Assembly: GCA_015064635.1 (NCBI GenBank)
Contig: SVRV01000009.1
Location: 8,282-72,281 of the forward strand
Direction: 5' to 3'
Length of the DNA stretch: 64,000 nucleotides
From: Oscillospiraceae bacterium
Lineage (GTDB): Bacteria; Bacillota; Clostridia; Oscillospirales; SIG627
The notes below the pieces were generated by a model. The model saw nothing but the letters and a program-made list of their open reading frames with translations, had not been told where the DNA came from and did no database searches. The position numbers were made by a program, and so were the translations under genes. Below are positions 1 to 12,222 of this stretch, piece by piece (positions within the stretch are counted from its first letter, which is position 1; each line of letters opens with the position of its first letter).

Positions 1-953
1 GTTACAGAAAGGAAAACGAAGACAGCCTTTGCCGTCTCCGTGCCGAGATTTACTACAATGACGGCACCGAGCCGGAAGAATACACAACTGATTTCCAGCC
101 GAATGTAGCCGATTGGCAGTACACAGAGGTAACCTTTAGTAAATCACGTTTTGCAGAAGTCTCAAAGATTCGTGTATGGTGTGAGCTTGGCAATACTACG
201 GGTATCGCCTACTTTGATTCAATCTCCCTTACCCGTGAATATCTTGAAACAGGTCTTACAAGAGAGGACTTTGAAGGCTATGAAGTAAATGAGAATACAA
301 CGAATAGTGAAGAAACAGAGGCTGAGGACACCTCCTCCGAAGCCGTTGACATCTACGGTAACAGAGTTACCGAAACCGATATATCCGAGGAGGGTACTGT
401 TTACCGCTCCTTTGAATATGGAAATAACGGTAATGACCTTGTAGCCGAAACAGATGCAAGAGGTAACAAGGTAACATATACCGTTGACCCCGTGACCTCA
501 CGCAATACCGCCGTGACCGACAGAATGGGTAACAAAACAACCTATGAATATGACAGCCTTGGCAGAGTCACAAAGGTTAATAGCCTGAACAGTAATTCAA
601 GTGTGGAATACGCATATAATACCCTTGACAACATGACCGAGATTGTCCGCGGTGACGGCATGAAGTATGTACTCGGCTATGACTATTACGGTAATTTACA
701 ATCAATAGGCATAAACGGCAAGAGCGATAAGCTTATCAAGTATACCTACCGTGACAGAAACGGCAGACTCAAAAAGATTACCTACGCAAACGGTGATTAT
801 ATAAGACTCGGTTATGACAGACTTGGTAATATGTCATTTGAAAAATGGTTTGATGCAGAGGATAACCCCACTCATGAATATGTCTACGTATACAGCTGTG
901 ACGGTCACATTGTAAAAACCATTGACAAGACAGGGCTAAAAGAGTATAATTGA
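1..953 (+). CDS. RHS/YD-repeat protein fragment; 5' end off-window; stops inside the repeat region (probably truncated)
   Basis: The frame is open from nt 3 to TGA 951-953. The translation has repeated YD motifs (GNKTTYEYDSLGRVTKV, IKYTYRDRNGRLKKITYANGDY, RLGYDRLGNM). No RHS core end or toxin tip precedes the stop. Confidence 0.75.
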   Translation, partial: YRKENEDSLCRLRAEIYYNDGTEPEEYTTDFQPNVADWQYTEVTFSKSRFAEVSKIRVWCELGNTTGIAYFDSISLTREYLETGLTREDFEGYEVNENTTNSEETEAEDTSSEAVDIYGNRVTETDISEEGTVYRSFEYGNNGNDLVAETDARGNKVTYTVDPVTSRNTAVTDRMGNKTTYEYDSLGRVTKVNSLNSNSSVEYAYNTLDNMTEIVRGDGMKYVLGYDYYGNLQSIGINGKSDKLIKYTYRDRNGRLKKITYANGDYIRLGYDRLGNMSFEKWFDAEDNPTHEYVYVYSCDGHIVKTIDKTGLKEYN

Positions 954-1012
954 GTCACAGACAGAATTGTTAGATTTAATGACAAAATTTTTATATAGCT
1001 TTGGAGGAAATC

Positions 1013-1420
1013 ATGAATCCAAAACTTAAAAAAATACTTTCCATATGTAGATTTATTGGACTGCTTTTGTCCATGTATCTTTGTGTTTTATTTGGAATAT
1101 CAGGCTATAGTCTTGGATATACAACAGGTCTTGGTATTTTCCTAACCGCAATTGGATTAGTTATTGTTGCATACTATTTTACTCATAAAATGTGGGAATT
1201 GCTATTTCTGTATGCTAATCTTTTGGTTTCGGTATTTATTGGTTCAAACTGTGTAACGCAGCTCTATTATACAAATATCAGTTCCGATCAAGCGACTTTG
1301 CTTGTAGGTGAATTTTTACTGTATATAGCTTTAGCTGTTACTTTTATATCAATGTGTATTTGTATAATTTTAAAAGCATTTGCTTTGAGAAAGCAAAAAC
1401 GTCAAAAAATATCCTCATAA
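1013..1420 (+). CDS. Small hypothetical membrane protein (about 4 TM), cassette 1 after the RHS fragment
   Basis: ATG at 1013 is preceded by GGAGGAAATC. The translation has four hydrophobic stretches and a basic C-terminal tail. No family recognised. Confidence 0.5.
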   Translation: MNPKLKKILSICRFIGLLLSMYLCVLFGISGYSLGYTTGLGIFLTAIGLVIVAYYFTHKMWELLFLYANLLVSVFIGSNCVTQLYYTNISSDQATLLVGEFLLYIALAVTFISMCICIILKAFALRKQKRQKISS

Positions 1421-1450
1421 CGCAAAACTCCTCATACGGCATTTGTTGTA

Positions 1451-1471
1451 GAGTATAATTGTAATACACGG
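1451..1471 (+). repeat. Copy of the YD-repeat junction GAGTATAATTGTAATACACGG
   Basis: Matches 2020-2040 (GAGTATAATTTTAATACACGG). Its first 9 nt match 942-950, the end of the RHS ORF. Confidence 0.8.
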
Positions 1472-1481
1472 ATGAATATTA

Positions 1482-1889
1482 ATGAAAAAATTTTTTTGGA
1501 TATTTATAGTATTAATCTTTGTTGTAGTTGCTTTGGCAGTGATTTTGTTTTTGATAGTTAATAGAGTAAATATGGATTTTGCAAAAAAAGCCGAAACATG
1601 TTTTGTATATGACAATATCAATTCCAAAAATCTTTTAAACGACAAAGAATTAAAAGAATTAAAAACTATTTTTGACGGGAAAATAATGTATTCAGATAAT
1701 CCTTCATGCGGTTTTACCGAAGATATTTCTGTTAAATTTAACAACAACCAAACCTTTTGTATCGCCCGCGATCATTGCCCAATTGTATATTGGAAAGAAA
1801 AAAATAAATATATAAGGCTTTCAGAAAACGAAAAAACAAAGCTATATGATTTATTAAGTCCTTATGGTTTTTTCTTCCCTTGCGTATAA
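1482..1889 (+). CDS. Hypothetical N-terminally membrane-anchored protein, cassette 2
   Basis: 135-aa ORF with an N-terminal hydrophobic helix (FFWIFIVLIFVVVALAVILFLIV) and a Cys-containing soluble part. A hairpin terminator follows. Confidence 0.5.
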   Translation: MKKFFWIFIVLIFVVVALAVILFLIVNRVNMDFAKKAETCFVYDNINSKNLLNDKELKELKTIFDGKIMYSDNPSCGFTEDISVKFNNNQTFCIARDHCPIVYWKEKNKYIRLSENEKTKLYDLLSPYGFFFPCV

Positions 1890-1907
1890 GCTAATATAAA
1901 CAAATCA

Positions 1908-1952
1908 GGGTTGAGACTTTCACTTTTAAGCGTTTAAGTTTCAACCCTTTTT
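1908..1952 (+). terminator. Rho-independent terminator
   Basis: GGGTTGAGACTT (1908-1919) pairs with AAGTTTCAACCC (1936-1947), followed by TTTTT. Confidence 0.6.
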
Positions 1953-1956
1953 CCGT

Positions 1957-2061
1957 ATGATCTATATGATCCGTTGTAACGGTCACGTTGTAAAAACCAT
2001 TGACAAGATAGAAGGCAAGGAGTATAATTTTAATACACGGAGAAAGGTAACAGAAAGATAG
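1957..2061 (+). pseudogene. Orphan remnant of a YD-repeat gene
   Basis: Translates to MIYMIRCNGHVVKTIDKIEGKEYNFNTRRKVTER*. This parallels the end of the RHS ORF (YVYSCDGHIVKTIDKTGLKEYN*). DNA similarity to 890-950 is visible. Confidence 0.6.
2020..2040 (+). repeat. Copy of the YD-repeat junction GAGTATAATTTTAATACACGG
   Basis: See 1451-1471 and 942-950. Confidence 0.8.
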
Positions 2062-2071
2062 GTGAGAAGCT

Positions 2072-2437
2072 ATGACAGCGGAGCGTAAATTTTGTATATT
2101 CAGCGTTATTCTAATTGTTGTTTTGGTTCTTTTCTTGGTGATTTGTCTCTTTTTTGGAACAGAAATAGAAAGATGGTTTGCAGCACTTAAATTCGATGAA
2201 GATTGGATAATCGGTAAGAATTCATCTGAAATAGAGGAGAAATACGGGAAATTTGATTTTTTGTCGGTTGACAGAGAATCAGACGGTAAAATTTACAGAG
2301 GAAAAGCCGGATACCTAACAAAAGAAAAATATGTTGGATATTTAGGAACTGATCCGGAAGAATTTTATGTGATATACTTTGACTCTGATGGTATAGCTTA
2401 CAAAACACAAAAAAACTATATGAGACCCGGTGGATAA
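2072..2437 (+). CDS. Hypothetical N-terminally membrane-anchored protein, cassette 3
   Basis: 121-aa ORF with RBS-like GGTGAGAAGC upstream, an N-terminal TM helix and a terminator downstream. Confidence 0.5.
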   Translation: MTAERKFCIFSVILIVVLVLFLVICLFFGTEIERWFAALKFDEDWIIGKNSSEIEEKYGKFDFLSVDRESDGKIYRGKAGYLTKEKYVGYLGTDPEEFYVIYFDSDGIAYKTQKNYMRPGG

Positions 2438-2447
2438 AACGTTTAAA

Positions 2448-2487
2448 ATCGGCACTTTTCCTTTTTGAAAATGTGCTGATTTTTTTA
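2448..2487 (+). terminator. Rho-independent terminator
   Basis: ATCGGCAC (2448-2455) pairs with GTGCTGAT (2473-2480), followed by TTTTTTT. Confidence 0.5.
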
Positions 2488-2555
2488 TTGTATTCGATAC
2501 AAAAAAATTAAAGCGTTTTTCCTTCTTTTTTTGTGACATTATTGAGGAAAAACTC

Positions 2556-2584
2556 TTGCAAAAATATATTTTTTATGCTATAAT
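2556..2584 (+). promoter_or_regulatory. SigmaA-type promoter of dnaA
   Basis: TTGCAA (2556-2561), a 17-nt spacer, then extended -10 TGcTATAAT (TATAAT at 2579-2584). Confidence 0.6.
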
Positions 2585-2635
2585 ACAATAGTTAAAATAT
2601 ATATATTATGTAGAAAATTTTCGAAGGGGAAAATA

Positions 2636-4036
2636 ATGGATTCATTGAATGAGATATGGGCTTGTGTCTTATCTAATATCGCAAGCAGCGGCGAATTTTC
2701 GGAGCCTACATACAATCTCTGGTTCAGAGACCTTGAGCTTTTGAGCCTTACAAATAATTATGCCATTGTAGACACAAAAACTCAACTGAAAAAAGATATA
2801 ATTTCATCAAGATACATTTACACACTTGAAAAATATCTTGCCGACGTAATCGGTTTTGAAGTTCCTATCACACTTGAGGTATACGAGGAAACAAAATACG
2901 GCAAGGTAAAAATAATTGAAGAGCCTAAAAGACCTTCGTTCATTCTTGATGACGAAATTCCCGAAGAGGAAAGAGGAATAAAGGGTAACGTTGATGAGGA
3001 CGGACTTACACACGTTGCATATAATCCTCTCTATACCTTTGATAACTTCATTGTAGGCAATACAAATAAATTTGCACATGCGGCGTGTAAAGCAATTGCC
3101 GCCGATGCTGAGCATTCATACAATCCTTTGTTTATCTACGGCAGCTCAGGACTTGGAAAGACACATTTGCTTTACGCCATAACAAATGAGATAATACTTC
3201 GCCGTAAGAATACAAATGCGGTATATGTTCGAGGTGAGGATTTTGCAAACGAAATGATTACCTCACTTTCAAAGAAGGTACCCATGCAGTACTTCAGAGA
3301 CAAGTACAGAAAAGCCGATGTACTTCTGGTTGACGACGTGCAATTTATTGCGGGTAAGCCTTCGACACAGGAAGAATTTTTCCACACCTTCAATACACTC
3401 TATGAGGATAAAAAGCAAATCATTCTTGCCTGCGACCGTCCTGTAAAGGAAATACCCTCCCTTGAAGAAAGACTCAAGGCACGCTTTGAATGGGGACTTA
3501 CGGTAGATATACAGCCGCCGGATTATGAACTGAGATTTGCAATTTTAAAGAGCAAGGCAATAAAATTCGGACTTAATCTTTCGGACAATATTCTGATGTT
3601 TCTTGCAGACAACATAAAGGGAAATATCAGACGTCTTGAGGGTGCAATAAAGAGACTCCACGCAACATCCCTTTTAATTGAAACACAGCTCACCTTTGAC
3701 AAGGTTAAGGAGTGTCTTCAGGATATGTTCTCGGATTCCGTGCCGTCGGGTGTCACAATTGATGAAATATTTGAAATAGTATCAAAGAAATATTCTGTTG
3801 CCGTTGAGGATATCAAGGGCAAGAAGAGAACAAAAGAGCTTTCAAACGCAAGACATATAACCATTTACATCCTGCGTACCATTACAAATCTCTCTCTTTC
3901 GGATATCGGCGGATATTTCAGCATGCATCACACCTCTGTTTTATCTGCTTATTCAAAGATAAGCGAGGACATAAAGGTTGACCCGGCACTTGAGCACAAC
4001 ATAAACGAAATGATAAGAACAATAACAGGGCAGTGA
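2636..4036 (+). CDS. dnaA: Chromosomal replication initiator DnaA
   Basis: 466 aa with Walker A GSSGLGKTHLL, an AAA+ core and a C-terminal DnaA-box-binding domain (HTSVLSAYSKI). Synteny with dnaN-recF-gyrB. Confidence 0.97.
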   Translation: MDSLNEIWACVLSNIASSGEFSEPTYNLWFRDLELLSLTNNYAIVDTKTQLKKDIISSRYIYTLEKYLADVIGFEVPITLEVYEETKYGKVKIIEEPKRPSFILDDEIPEEERGIKGNVDEDGLTHVAYNPLYTFDNFIVGNTNKFAHAACKAIAADAEHSYNPLFIYGSSGLGKTHLLYAITNEIILRRKNTNAVYVRGEDFANEMITSLSKKVPMQYFRDKYRKADVLLVDDVQFIAGKPSTQEEFFHTFNTLYEDKKQIILACDRPVKEIPSLEERLKARFEWGLTVDIQPPDYELRFAILKSKAIKFGLNLSDNILMFLADNIKGNIRRLEGAIKRLHATSLLIETQLTFDKVKECLQDMFSDSVPSGVTIDEIFEIVSKKYSVAVEDIKGKKRTKELSNARHITIYILRTITNLSLSDIGGYFSMHHTSVLSAYSKISEDIKVDPALEHNINEMIRTITGQ

Positions 4037-4356
4037 AAAAGATGTTGAAAACATTGTGGAAAATTTTGATTTTCCCACAGCCTCCAAAAAGCTTACAAAA
4101 AATTTCAAAAAAGCACATTTTACGACAATGTTCAAAGCTTTTAAAATAATAACATTTTTCCCACAGCAAAAAAATCGTAAAATTGCTATAATGAAAGGCT
4201 TTTCGGACTTTTCCACATTTTCGACAGACACTACTGCTAATACTTAATATATTTATATATTATATAGCCTTTCCCATCCCAGACAAAAAGAGAAAAATCA
4301 TTCATCTGTCAGTTAGAAAAAAACTGTTACAAATTTTTTACGGTAAGGAGTTTACT
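4037..4356. other. oriC-like dnaA-dnaN spacer: DnaA boxes plus an AT-rich unwinding candidate
   Basis: TGTGGAAAA at 4055-4063, TTTCCCACA at 4071-4079 and 4157-4165, TTTTCCACA at 4209-4217. These have 1-2 mismatches to TTATCCACA. A pure A/T run lies at about 4241-4268. Confidence 0.65.
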
Positions 4357-5472
4357 ATGAAAATAAAGGCTGAAAAGAAAGTACTGCTTGAGGCTGTCAC
4401 ACCGACACTTTGCGCACTTTCCTCAAAAGCACTTATTCCTGCATTGGAATGTATCTATGTAAAAGCTGAAAACGGAGTTCTTACAATTACCGGATATGAC
4501 CTTTCAAAGGGTGTCAGAACCGAAAACAACGTAAATATCGAAGAAGAGGGTTCACTTCTTCTCAATGCACAGAAGCTTAACTCAATAATAAGAACACTTC
4601 CCGAGGGTATGGTTGAAATAACCACAGATAAAGACTATAAGGTTACTATCGTTTCGGGAAAAATCAAGTTTGAAATAATAGGTCTTCCCACAGACGGATA
4701 TCCCTCCATTCCCGAGCTTGCAGGTGACAGAAGCTTTGATATACCAAAGGGAATACTCAAGAAGCTTTGTCAGCAGCTTTTGTTCTCGGTTTCTGTTGAT
4801 GAAAAGAGACCTCAGCTCACAGGTATCAACTTCGAAATAAACGAGGATAAAATGACTCTTGTTTCCTGCGACGGCTTCAGACTTTCCATAAGACACGAAA
4901 AGGTTAAGTCAAATGAGCTGATGCAATTTATTGTACCCGGAAGAACACTTTCCGAGCTTATGAAGCTTCTTGACGACAGTGACGATATAATCACGGTTGA
5001 GCTTACAAATAAGCATATGATAATGCATTTTGATAACCTCTATTTCTTCTCAAGACTTGTAGAGGGTGAATATATTGATTATCTCAAGCCCATTCCCAAG
5101 GATACAACAATTGAAGTAAAAGTAAAGCTTGACGATATTATTGCAAGCTGCGAAAGAGCAAGTCTTGTAATTGATGAAAGAGTAAAGAGCCCCGTAAAAA
5201 TAACGGTTGCTCCCGGCGGACTTCTTCTTTCCTGCGACAGTGTAAACGGAAAAGTAAGAGACGAAATTCCCGCAAGTACAACGGGTGAGCTTGATATAGG
5301 CTTCAACAACAAGTATTTACTTGATGCCTTGAGAGCGGCTGCAATGTGCGGTGAGGAAGAGGTTGTGCTCAGAATGAAATCTCCTCTTGTGGGAATGAGT
5401 ATTCAGCCCATTGATCACGATTCATTTTTCTATCTTGTACTCCCTGTGAGACTTAACGATGAGAATAATTGA
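4357..5472 (+). CDS. dnaN: DNA polymerase III beta sliding clamp
   Basis: 371 aa, clamp-typical length and position after dnaA. RBS AAGGAG upstream. Confidence 0.95.
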   Translation: MKIKAEKKVLLEAVTPTLCALSSKALIPALECIYVKAENGVLTITGYDLSKGVRTENNVNIEEEGSLLLNAQKLNSIIRTLPEGMVEITTDKDYKVTIVSGKIKFEIIGLPTDGYPSIPELAGDRSFDIPKGILKKLCQQLLFSVSVDEKRPQLTGINFEINEDKMTLVSCDGFRLSIRHEKVKSNELMQFIVPGRTLSELMKLLDDSDDIITVELTNKHMIMHFDNLYFFSRLVEGEYIDYLKPIPKDTTIEVKVKLDDIIASCERASLVIDERVKSPVKITVAPGGLLLSCDSVNGKVRDEIPASTTGELDIGFNNKYLLDALRAAAMCGEEEVVLRMKSPLVGMSIQPIDHDSFFYLVLPVRLNDENN

Positions 5473-6538
5473 GCTGAAAGCAGAAAATTTCAGAAATATT
5501 GAAAACGAAACCTTAAGTTTTGATATCGGAACAAATTTGATTTTCGGTAACAATGCCGAGGGCAAAACAAATATTGTGGAAGCAATATATTATTTTGCAA
5601 ATTCCAAGAGCTTCAGGACGTCAAGTGACAAGGAGCTTATAAGATTTGGATGTGACGAGGCACGTCTTACGGCAATTTTTGAAGACGGCGGAAGAAAATA
5701 TCAATATGACGTTGTGATATCAAAGGCAAATAAAAGAGCTTTTTACTACAACAAAATAAAAATCACAAAGATGAGCGAGTTCTTTGGAAACTTCAGAGCA
5801 GTTTTATTTGTACCCGAGCACTTAAAAATAGTCAAAAACGGTCCGGGTGAAAGACGTGCACTCATTGATTCATCCTTGTGTCAGCTTAAAAAATCATATA
5901 TCTCCGAGCTTTACAGATATACAAAGCTTGCCTCGGAAAAAAACGCACTTTTGCGTGATTATAAGGGCGGGGAATATGAAAACACAATGTTGGATATTTA
6001 TGATGAAAATCTGATTATCAGCTCGGCAAAAATCAGCGAGACCCGAAAAGAGTATTCATCAGAGCTTTTTGAAAGAGCAAAGAAGCATCTTTTTGACATG
6101 TCGGGTGACAGACTTGAGTTTTCTTATAAAATGTCTGGTCTGTCCGGTGACAGAGATGCCATGACCTTTTATAAAGAGTTGATTCCCGCCTCAAGAAAGA
6201 GAGATATTGCGTATCATTCCATAACCGCAGGTGCGGGAAGAGATGATATTGAAATATTTGTAAACGGTACTAATCTCAGGCAATACGGCTCCCAGGGACA
6301 GCAAAGGTCGGCTGTGGTTGCCATGAAGCTTGCAGAGGGCGAGCTTGCCGAAGAAAAGACGAAAAGTGCACCGATTTATCTCTTTGACGATATACTGTCG
6401 GAGCTTGACGAGCACAGAAGAGAATATATTCTTTCAAAGCTTCGTGACAAGCAGGTAATTGTAACCTCCTGTCTGGGAGATGAGGAAGGAATTTACAGCG
6501 GAAAAAGGATATTTGTTGAAAAAGGCAAATACCGTTAG
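5459..6538 (+). CDS. recF: DNA replication/repair protein RecF
   Basis: Walker A GNNAEGKTN, ABC-like signature SQGQQRS, Walker B YLFDDILSELD. Overlaps the dnaN end. Confidence 0.93.
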   Translation: MRIIELKAENFRNIENETLSFDIGTNLIFGNNAEGKTNIVEAIYYFANSKSFRTSSDKELIRFGCDEARLTAIFEDGGRKYQYDVVISKANKRAFYYNKIKITKMSEFFGNFRAVLFVPEHLKIVKNGPGERRALIDSSLCQLKKSYISELYRYTKLASEKNALLRDYKGGEYENTMLDIYDENLIISSAKISETRKEYSSELFERAKKHLFDMSGDRLEFSYKMSGLSGDRDAMTFYKELIPASRKRDIAYHSITAGAGRDDIEIFVNGTNLRQYGSQGQQRSAVVAMKLAEGELAEEKTKSAPIYLFDDILSELDEHRREYILSKLRDKQVIVTSCLGDEEGIYSGKRIFVEKGKYR

Positions 6539-6548
6539 GAGTTATTTT

Positions 6549-8851
<2,303 letters not shown>

Positions 8852-8874
8852 CTTGAAAATATAAGTTGATGAAA

Positions 8875-9125
8875 TGTGGAAAAATGAATTATAAACAAAG
8901 TTTTCCACAGGCTGTGGAAAACTTTGTTTGAAACTTTTGTGGAAAAAATAATACACAAAAGAAAATTGTCAATTTTTGTCAAATAAGAAAAACACTTTAT
9001 ATAAGAGACTTTTGAATTTCAGATTTAAATTTTGAATTTTCCAAAAGAAAATATAAAATATAATACACTAAAATTTTCCACATAATACTTAACAAAAAAG
9101 TTATCCACAATCACTGTGTGAATAA
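8875..9125. other. DnaA-box cluster in the gyrB-gyrA spacer
   Basis: TGTGGAAAA at 8875-8883, 8913-8921 and 8938-8946. TTTTCCACA at 8901-8909 and 9074-9082. A perfect TTATCCACA at 9101-9109. TGTGAATAA at 9117-9125. An AT-rich tract lies at about 8990-9070. Confidence 0.6.
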
Positions 9126-9161
9126 CTTCGGGAATTACCCGATAACGAAAGGGAACAGCTA

Positions 9162-11729
9162 ATGGATATCAATCTTGAGGGACAGTCAATACAAAATGTT
9201 GAAATAAACAAGGAAGTAAAGAAATCCTATATTGAATATGCGATGTCTGTCATTGTGTCGCGTGCTCTTCCTGATGTAAGGGACGGTCTTAAGCCCGTAC
9301 ACAGAAGAATACTCTTCTCAATGTATGAAGATAATCTTACCCATGACAAGGATTACCGTAAATCGGCTATGACCGTAGGTAACGTGCTCGGTCACTACCA
9401 TCCTCACGGAGACTCCTCCGTATACGATGCGATGGTAAGACTTGCACAGCCCTTCTCCATGCGTTATACTCTTGTAGACGGTCAGGGTAACTTCGGTAAC
9501 GTGGACGGAGACGGTGCTGCTGCATACCGTTACACAGAGGCAAGAATGACAAAAATTGCCTCCGAAATGCTTACAGATATTGAAAAGAACGTTGTGGACT
9601 TCATGCCCAACTTCGATAACAAGCTTGAAGAACCGGTTGTTCTTCCGGCAGGTTTTCCCAACCTTCTTGTAAACGGTTCGGTAGGTATAGCCGTAGGTAT
9701 GGCGACCTATATTCCTCCTCATAACCTGGGTGAGGTAATTGACGGTACTATTTACTTAATGGAAAACCCCGATTGTGAGATACTTGATATCATGGAATAT
9801 ATCAAGGGTCCCGATTTCCCCACAAATGCCATGATTTACGGTACGTCGGGAATAAAGCAGGCATATCTCACAGGTAAGGGACACGTAATGGTACGTGCTG
9901 TCTACCACATAGAAGAAAAGGCTCAGCATAAGAGCATTGTATATACAGAGATTCCCTATCAGGTAAATAAATCAAGACTTGTTGAATCTATCGCAAATCT
10001 CGTAAATGAGAAGAGAATAGAGGGAATTTCGGACGTAAGAGACGAATCCGGCAGAAACGGAATGAGAATCGTTGTTGAACTCAAGCGTGAAGCAAACGAG
10101 ATGGTGGTTGTAAATCAGCTCTTCAAGTTTACACAGCTTCAGGACACCTGCGCTATGAATATGCTCGCTCTTGTTGACAACGAGCCCAAAACTTTAAATC
10201 TCAAGCAGATTCTGTCCTACTACATCAAGCACAGAGAAGAGGTTATAACAAGACGAGTTGAATTTGACCTTGATAAAGCGAGAACAAAGGCACATATTTA
10301 CGAGGGCTACAAGATAGCCATTGACAATATTGACGAGGTTATCAAGATTATAAGAGCCAGCCGCTCCTCTCAGGATGCCAAGGACAACCTGGTTGCATCT
10401 CCCTTTGGATTTACCGAGGCTCAGGCTCAGGCAATTGTAAAAATGCCTCTCGGAAGCCTTGCTTCTTTGGAAGTCGATGCCATTCTTCAAGAGCTGGACA
10501 GACTTCACGCTCTTATTGCCGATTATGAGGATATCCTTGCAAACAGCTGGCGTATAAGAGAAATTATGAAGGAGGAAATGCTTGAAATCAAGCGTAAGTT
10601 CTCCGACGACAGAAGAACAAAGATTGAGGAAGCCGAGGATGACATCGTTCTTGAGGACCTCATAGAGCGTCATAAGTGTGTAATTACAATCACACACGAC
10701 GGATACATCAAGAGAATCTCGGCCGATGAATATTCGGCGCAGAACAGAGGCGGTAAGGGTCTTTCGGCAATGAAGACAAAGGAAGAGGACTCTGTGAAGT
10801 CAATGTTTATTTCACACAGCCACAACTACCTCTTCATGTTCTCAAATCTCGGAAGACTTTATATCAAAAAGTGCTACCAGATACCCGAGGCGTCAAGAAC
10901 AGCCAAGGGAAGTCATATAAATAATATCATTACACTTTTCGAGGGCGAGGTAATAACCACATTTATTTCCATTTCCAAGATAAACACAGACGAAACTCTT
11001 GTAATGGTTACCGAAAAGGGACTTATCAAGAGAACACCTCTCAATCTGTTCCGCCATATAAGAAAGGGCGGTATCAATGCCATTCGTCTTGACGAGGGAG
11101 ATAAGCTCCTTGCGGTTAAGAAAACAGAGGGCAATTCCGAAATAATTGTTGCCACAAACGAAGGACTTGCAGTTAAGTTTGCCGAATCAAAGGTAAGAGT
11201 TATGGGAAGAACCGCAAGAGGTGTAAGAGCCGTAAGACTCCCCGAGGGCGGAAAGGTTGTAGGCTGTATAACAGCGACACCCAACGAGTCGGGTGAATAT
11301 GAAAGCCTGATATTGACCGTTACCGAAAACGGTATGGGTAAGTGCTCGGATATCGGAAGCTTCAGACTTTCAGGCAGAGGCGGTAAGGGCGTAAGATGCC
11401 AGAAGATAACCGAAAAGACAGGTTCACTTGTGGGAATCACCGAAATTGCCAAGGAAGACGATATAATGCTTATTACAAACGAAGGTATTCTTATACGTGT
11501 TCCCGCTGAACAAATCTCGGTAAGCGGACGTGCGGCTGCCGGTGTTATTCTTATGAGACTCAATGAAGGTCAGTCAATAGTGGGACTTCAGAGAGTTATG
11601 GCAGAGGCAGAAGAGACCGAGGAGGGTAACGAGGTTCTTGATGAGAACGAAGAGGTTGAGGACCTTCCCGACACTGCGGAGCCCGATGATGCAGAGGAAG
11701 ATGCATCTGACAGCGAAGATGAAGAATAA
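9162..11729 (+). CDS. gyrA: DNA gyrase subunit A
   Basis: [14 protein letters not shown] and [11 protein letters not shown] (catalytic Tyr region), C-terminal beta-pinwheel repeats and an acidic tail. Confidence 0.97.
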   Translation: MDINLEGQSIQNVEINKEVKKSYIEYAMSVIVSRALPDVRDGLKPVHRRILFSMYEDNLTHDKDYRKSAMTVGNVLGHYHPHGDSSVYDAMVRLAQPFSMRYTLVDGQGNFGNVDGDGAAAYRYTEARMTKIASEMLTDIEKNVVDFMPNFDNKLEEPVVLPAGFPNLLVNGSVGIAVGMATYIPPHNLGEVIDGTIYLMENPDCEILDIMEYIKGPDFPTNAMIYGTSGIKQAYLTGKGHVMVRAVYHIEEKAQHKSIVYTEIPYQVNKSRLVESIANLVNEKRIEGISDVRDESGRNGMRIVVELKREANEMVVVNQLFKFTQLQDTCAMNMLALVDNEPKTLNLKQILSYYIKHREEVITRRVEFDLDKARTKAHIYEGYKIAIDNIDEVIKIIRASRSSQDAKDNLVASPFGFTEAQAQAIVKMPLGSLASLEVDAILQELDRLHALIADYEDILANSWRIREIMKEEMLEIKRKFSDDRRTKIEEAEDDIVLEDLIERHKCVITITHDGYIKRISADEYSAQNRGGKGLSAMKTKEEDSVKSMFISHSHNYLFMFSNLGRLYIKKCYQIPEASRTAKGSHINNIITLFEGEVITTFISISKINTDETLVMVTEKGLIKRTPLNLFRHIRKGGINAIRLDEGDKLLAVKKTEGNSEIIVATNEGLAVKFAESKVRVMGRTARGVRAVRLPEGGKVVGCITATPNESGEYESLILTVTENGMGKCSDIGSFRLSGRGGKGVRCQKITEKTGSLVGITEIAKEDDIMLITNEGILIRVPAEQISVSGRAAAGVILMRLNEGQSIVGLQRVMAEAEETEEGNEVLDENEEVEDLPDTAEPDDAEEDASDSEDEE

Positions 11730-12222
11730 AACGGTAATATACCTTGAAAAAGGTAACAAAGACAATTCCGCCCTCCTGAAAAGGAGGGCGGTACAAGATT
11801 ATTTCGGCAGTGCCACGCTTGACACAAAAGAAAACGGCAAGCCTGTCATAACTCAACCCGAAGGATACGGGATAAGTGTATCTCACAGCGGAGGAATAAT
11901 AGCTGTTGTGATAACAAGGGGAGAGGTAGGTATAGATATAGAGGAAAGGGTAGACCGAGACAATTCAAGACTCTTTTCTTTTTTTCATGAAAGCGAAAAA
12001 AACTGTGATTTTTATGACCTTTGGGTGAAAAAGGAAGCCTTTGGTAAAATGACGGGCGAAGGAATTTTCAAGCAAAAGGGAAAAAAGCTTGACACCGACT
12101 CTTGTTTTATTGACATATCAAGGGAAATAAGCCTTTTTTCGGGAAAGGAATTCTCGGCGGTGCTCTGCCTCCCGAAGGACACGGAAACACTTGAATATAT
12201 TATTGATAACGGTACTTTATGA
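11719..12222 (+). CDS. 4'-phosphopantetheinyl transferase (Sfp-type)
   Basis: Motifs GIDIE and [17 protein letters not shown] at 11719 overlaps the gyrA end by 11 nt. The ORF-track start at 11638 lies deep inside gyrA. Confidence 0.75.
   Translation: MKNKTVIYLEKGNKDNSALLKRRAVQDYFGSATLDTKENGKPVITQPEGYGISVSHSGGIIAVVITRGEVGIDIEERVDRDNSRLFSFFHESEKNCDFYDLWVKKEAFGKMTGEGIFKQKGKKLDTDSCFIDISREISLFSGKEFSAVLCLPKDTETLEYIIDNGTL

Noticed and set aside
3918-4247. ORFs 4056-4247 (+), 3918-4169 (-) and 3953-4231 (-) in the dnaA-dnaN spacer.
   Set aside because: They read through DnaA boxes and AT-rich origin DNA. They have no RBS and low-complexity translations.
11638-11718. ORF-track start at 11638 for the PPTase, and likewise 6480 for DUF370, 14471 for AraC, 23119 for the lipoprotein and 32771 for cysE.
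   Set aside because: The upstream extensions lie inside neighbouring genes or repeats. Internal ATG codons with good RBS were preferred.
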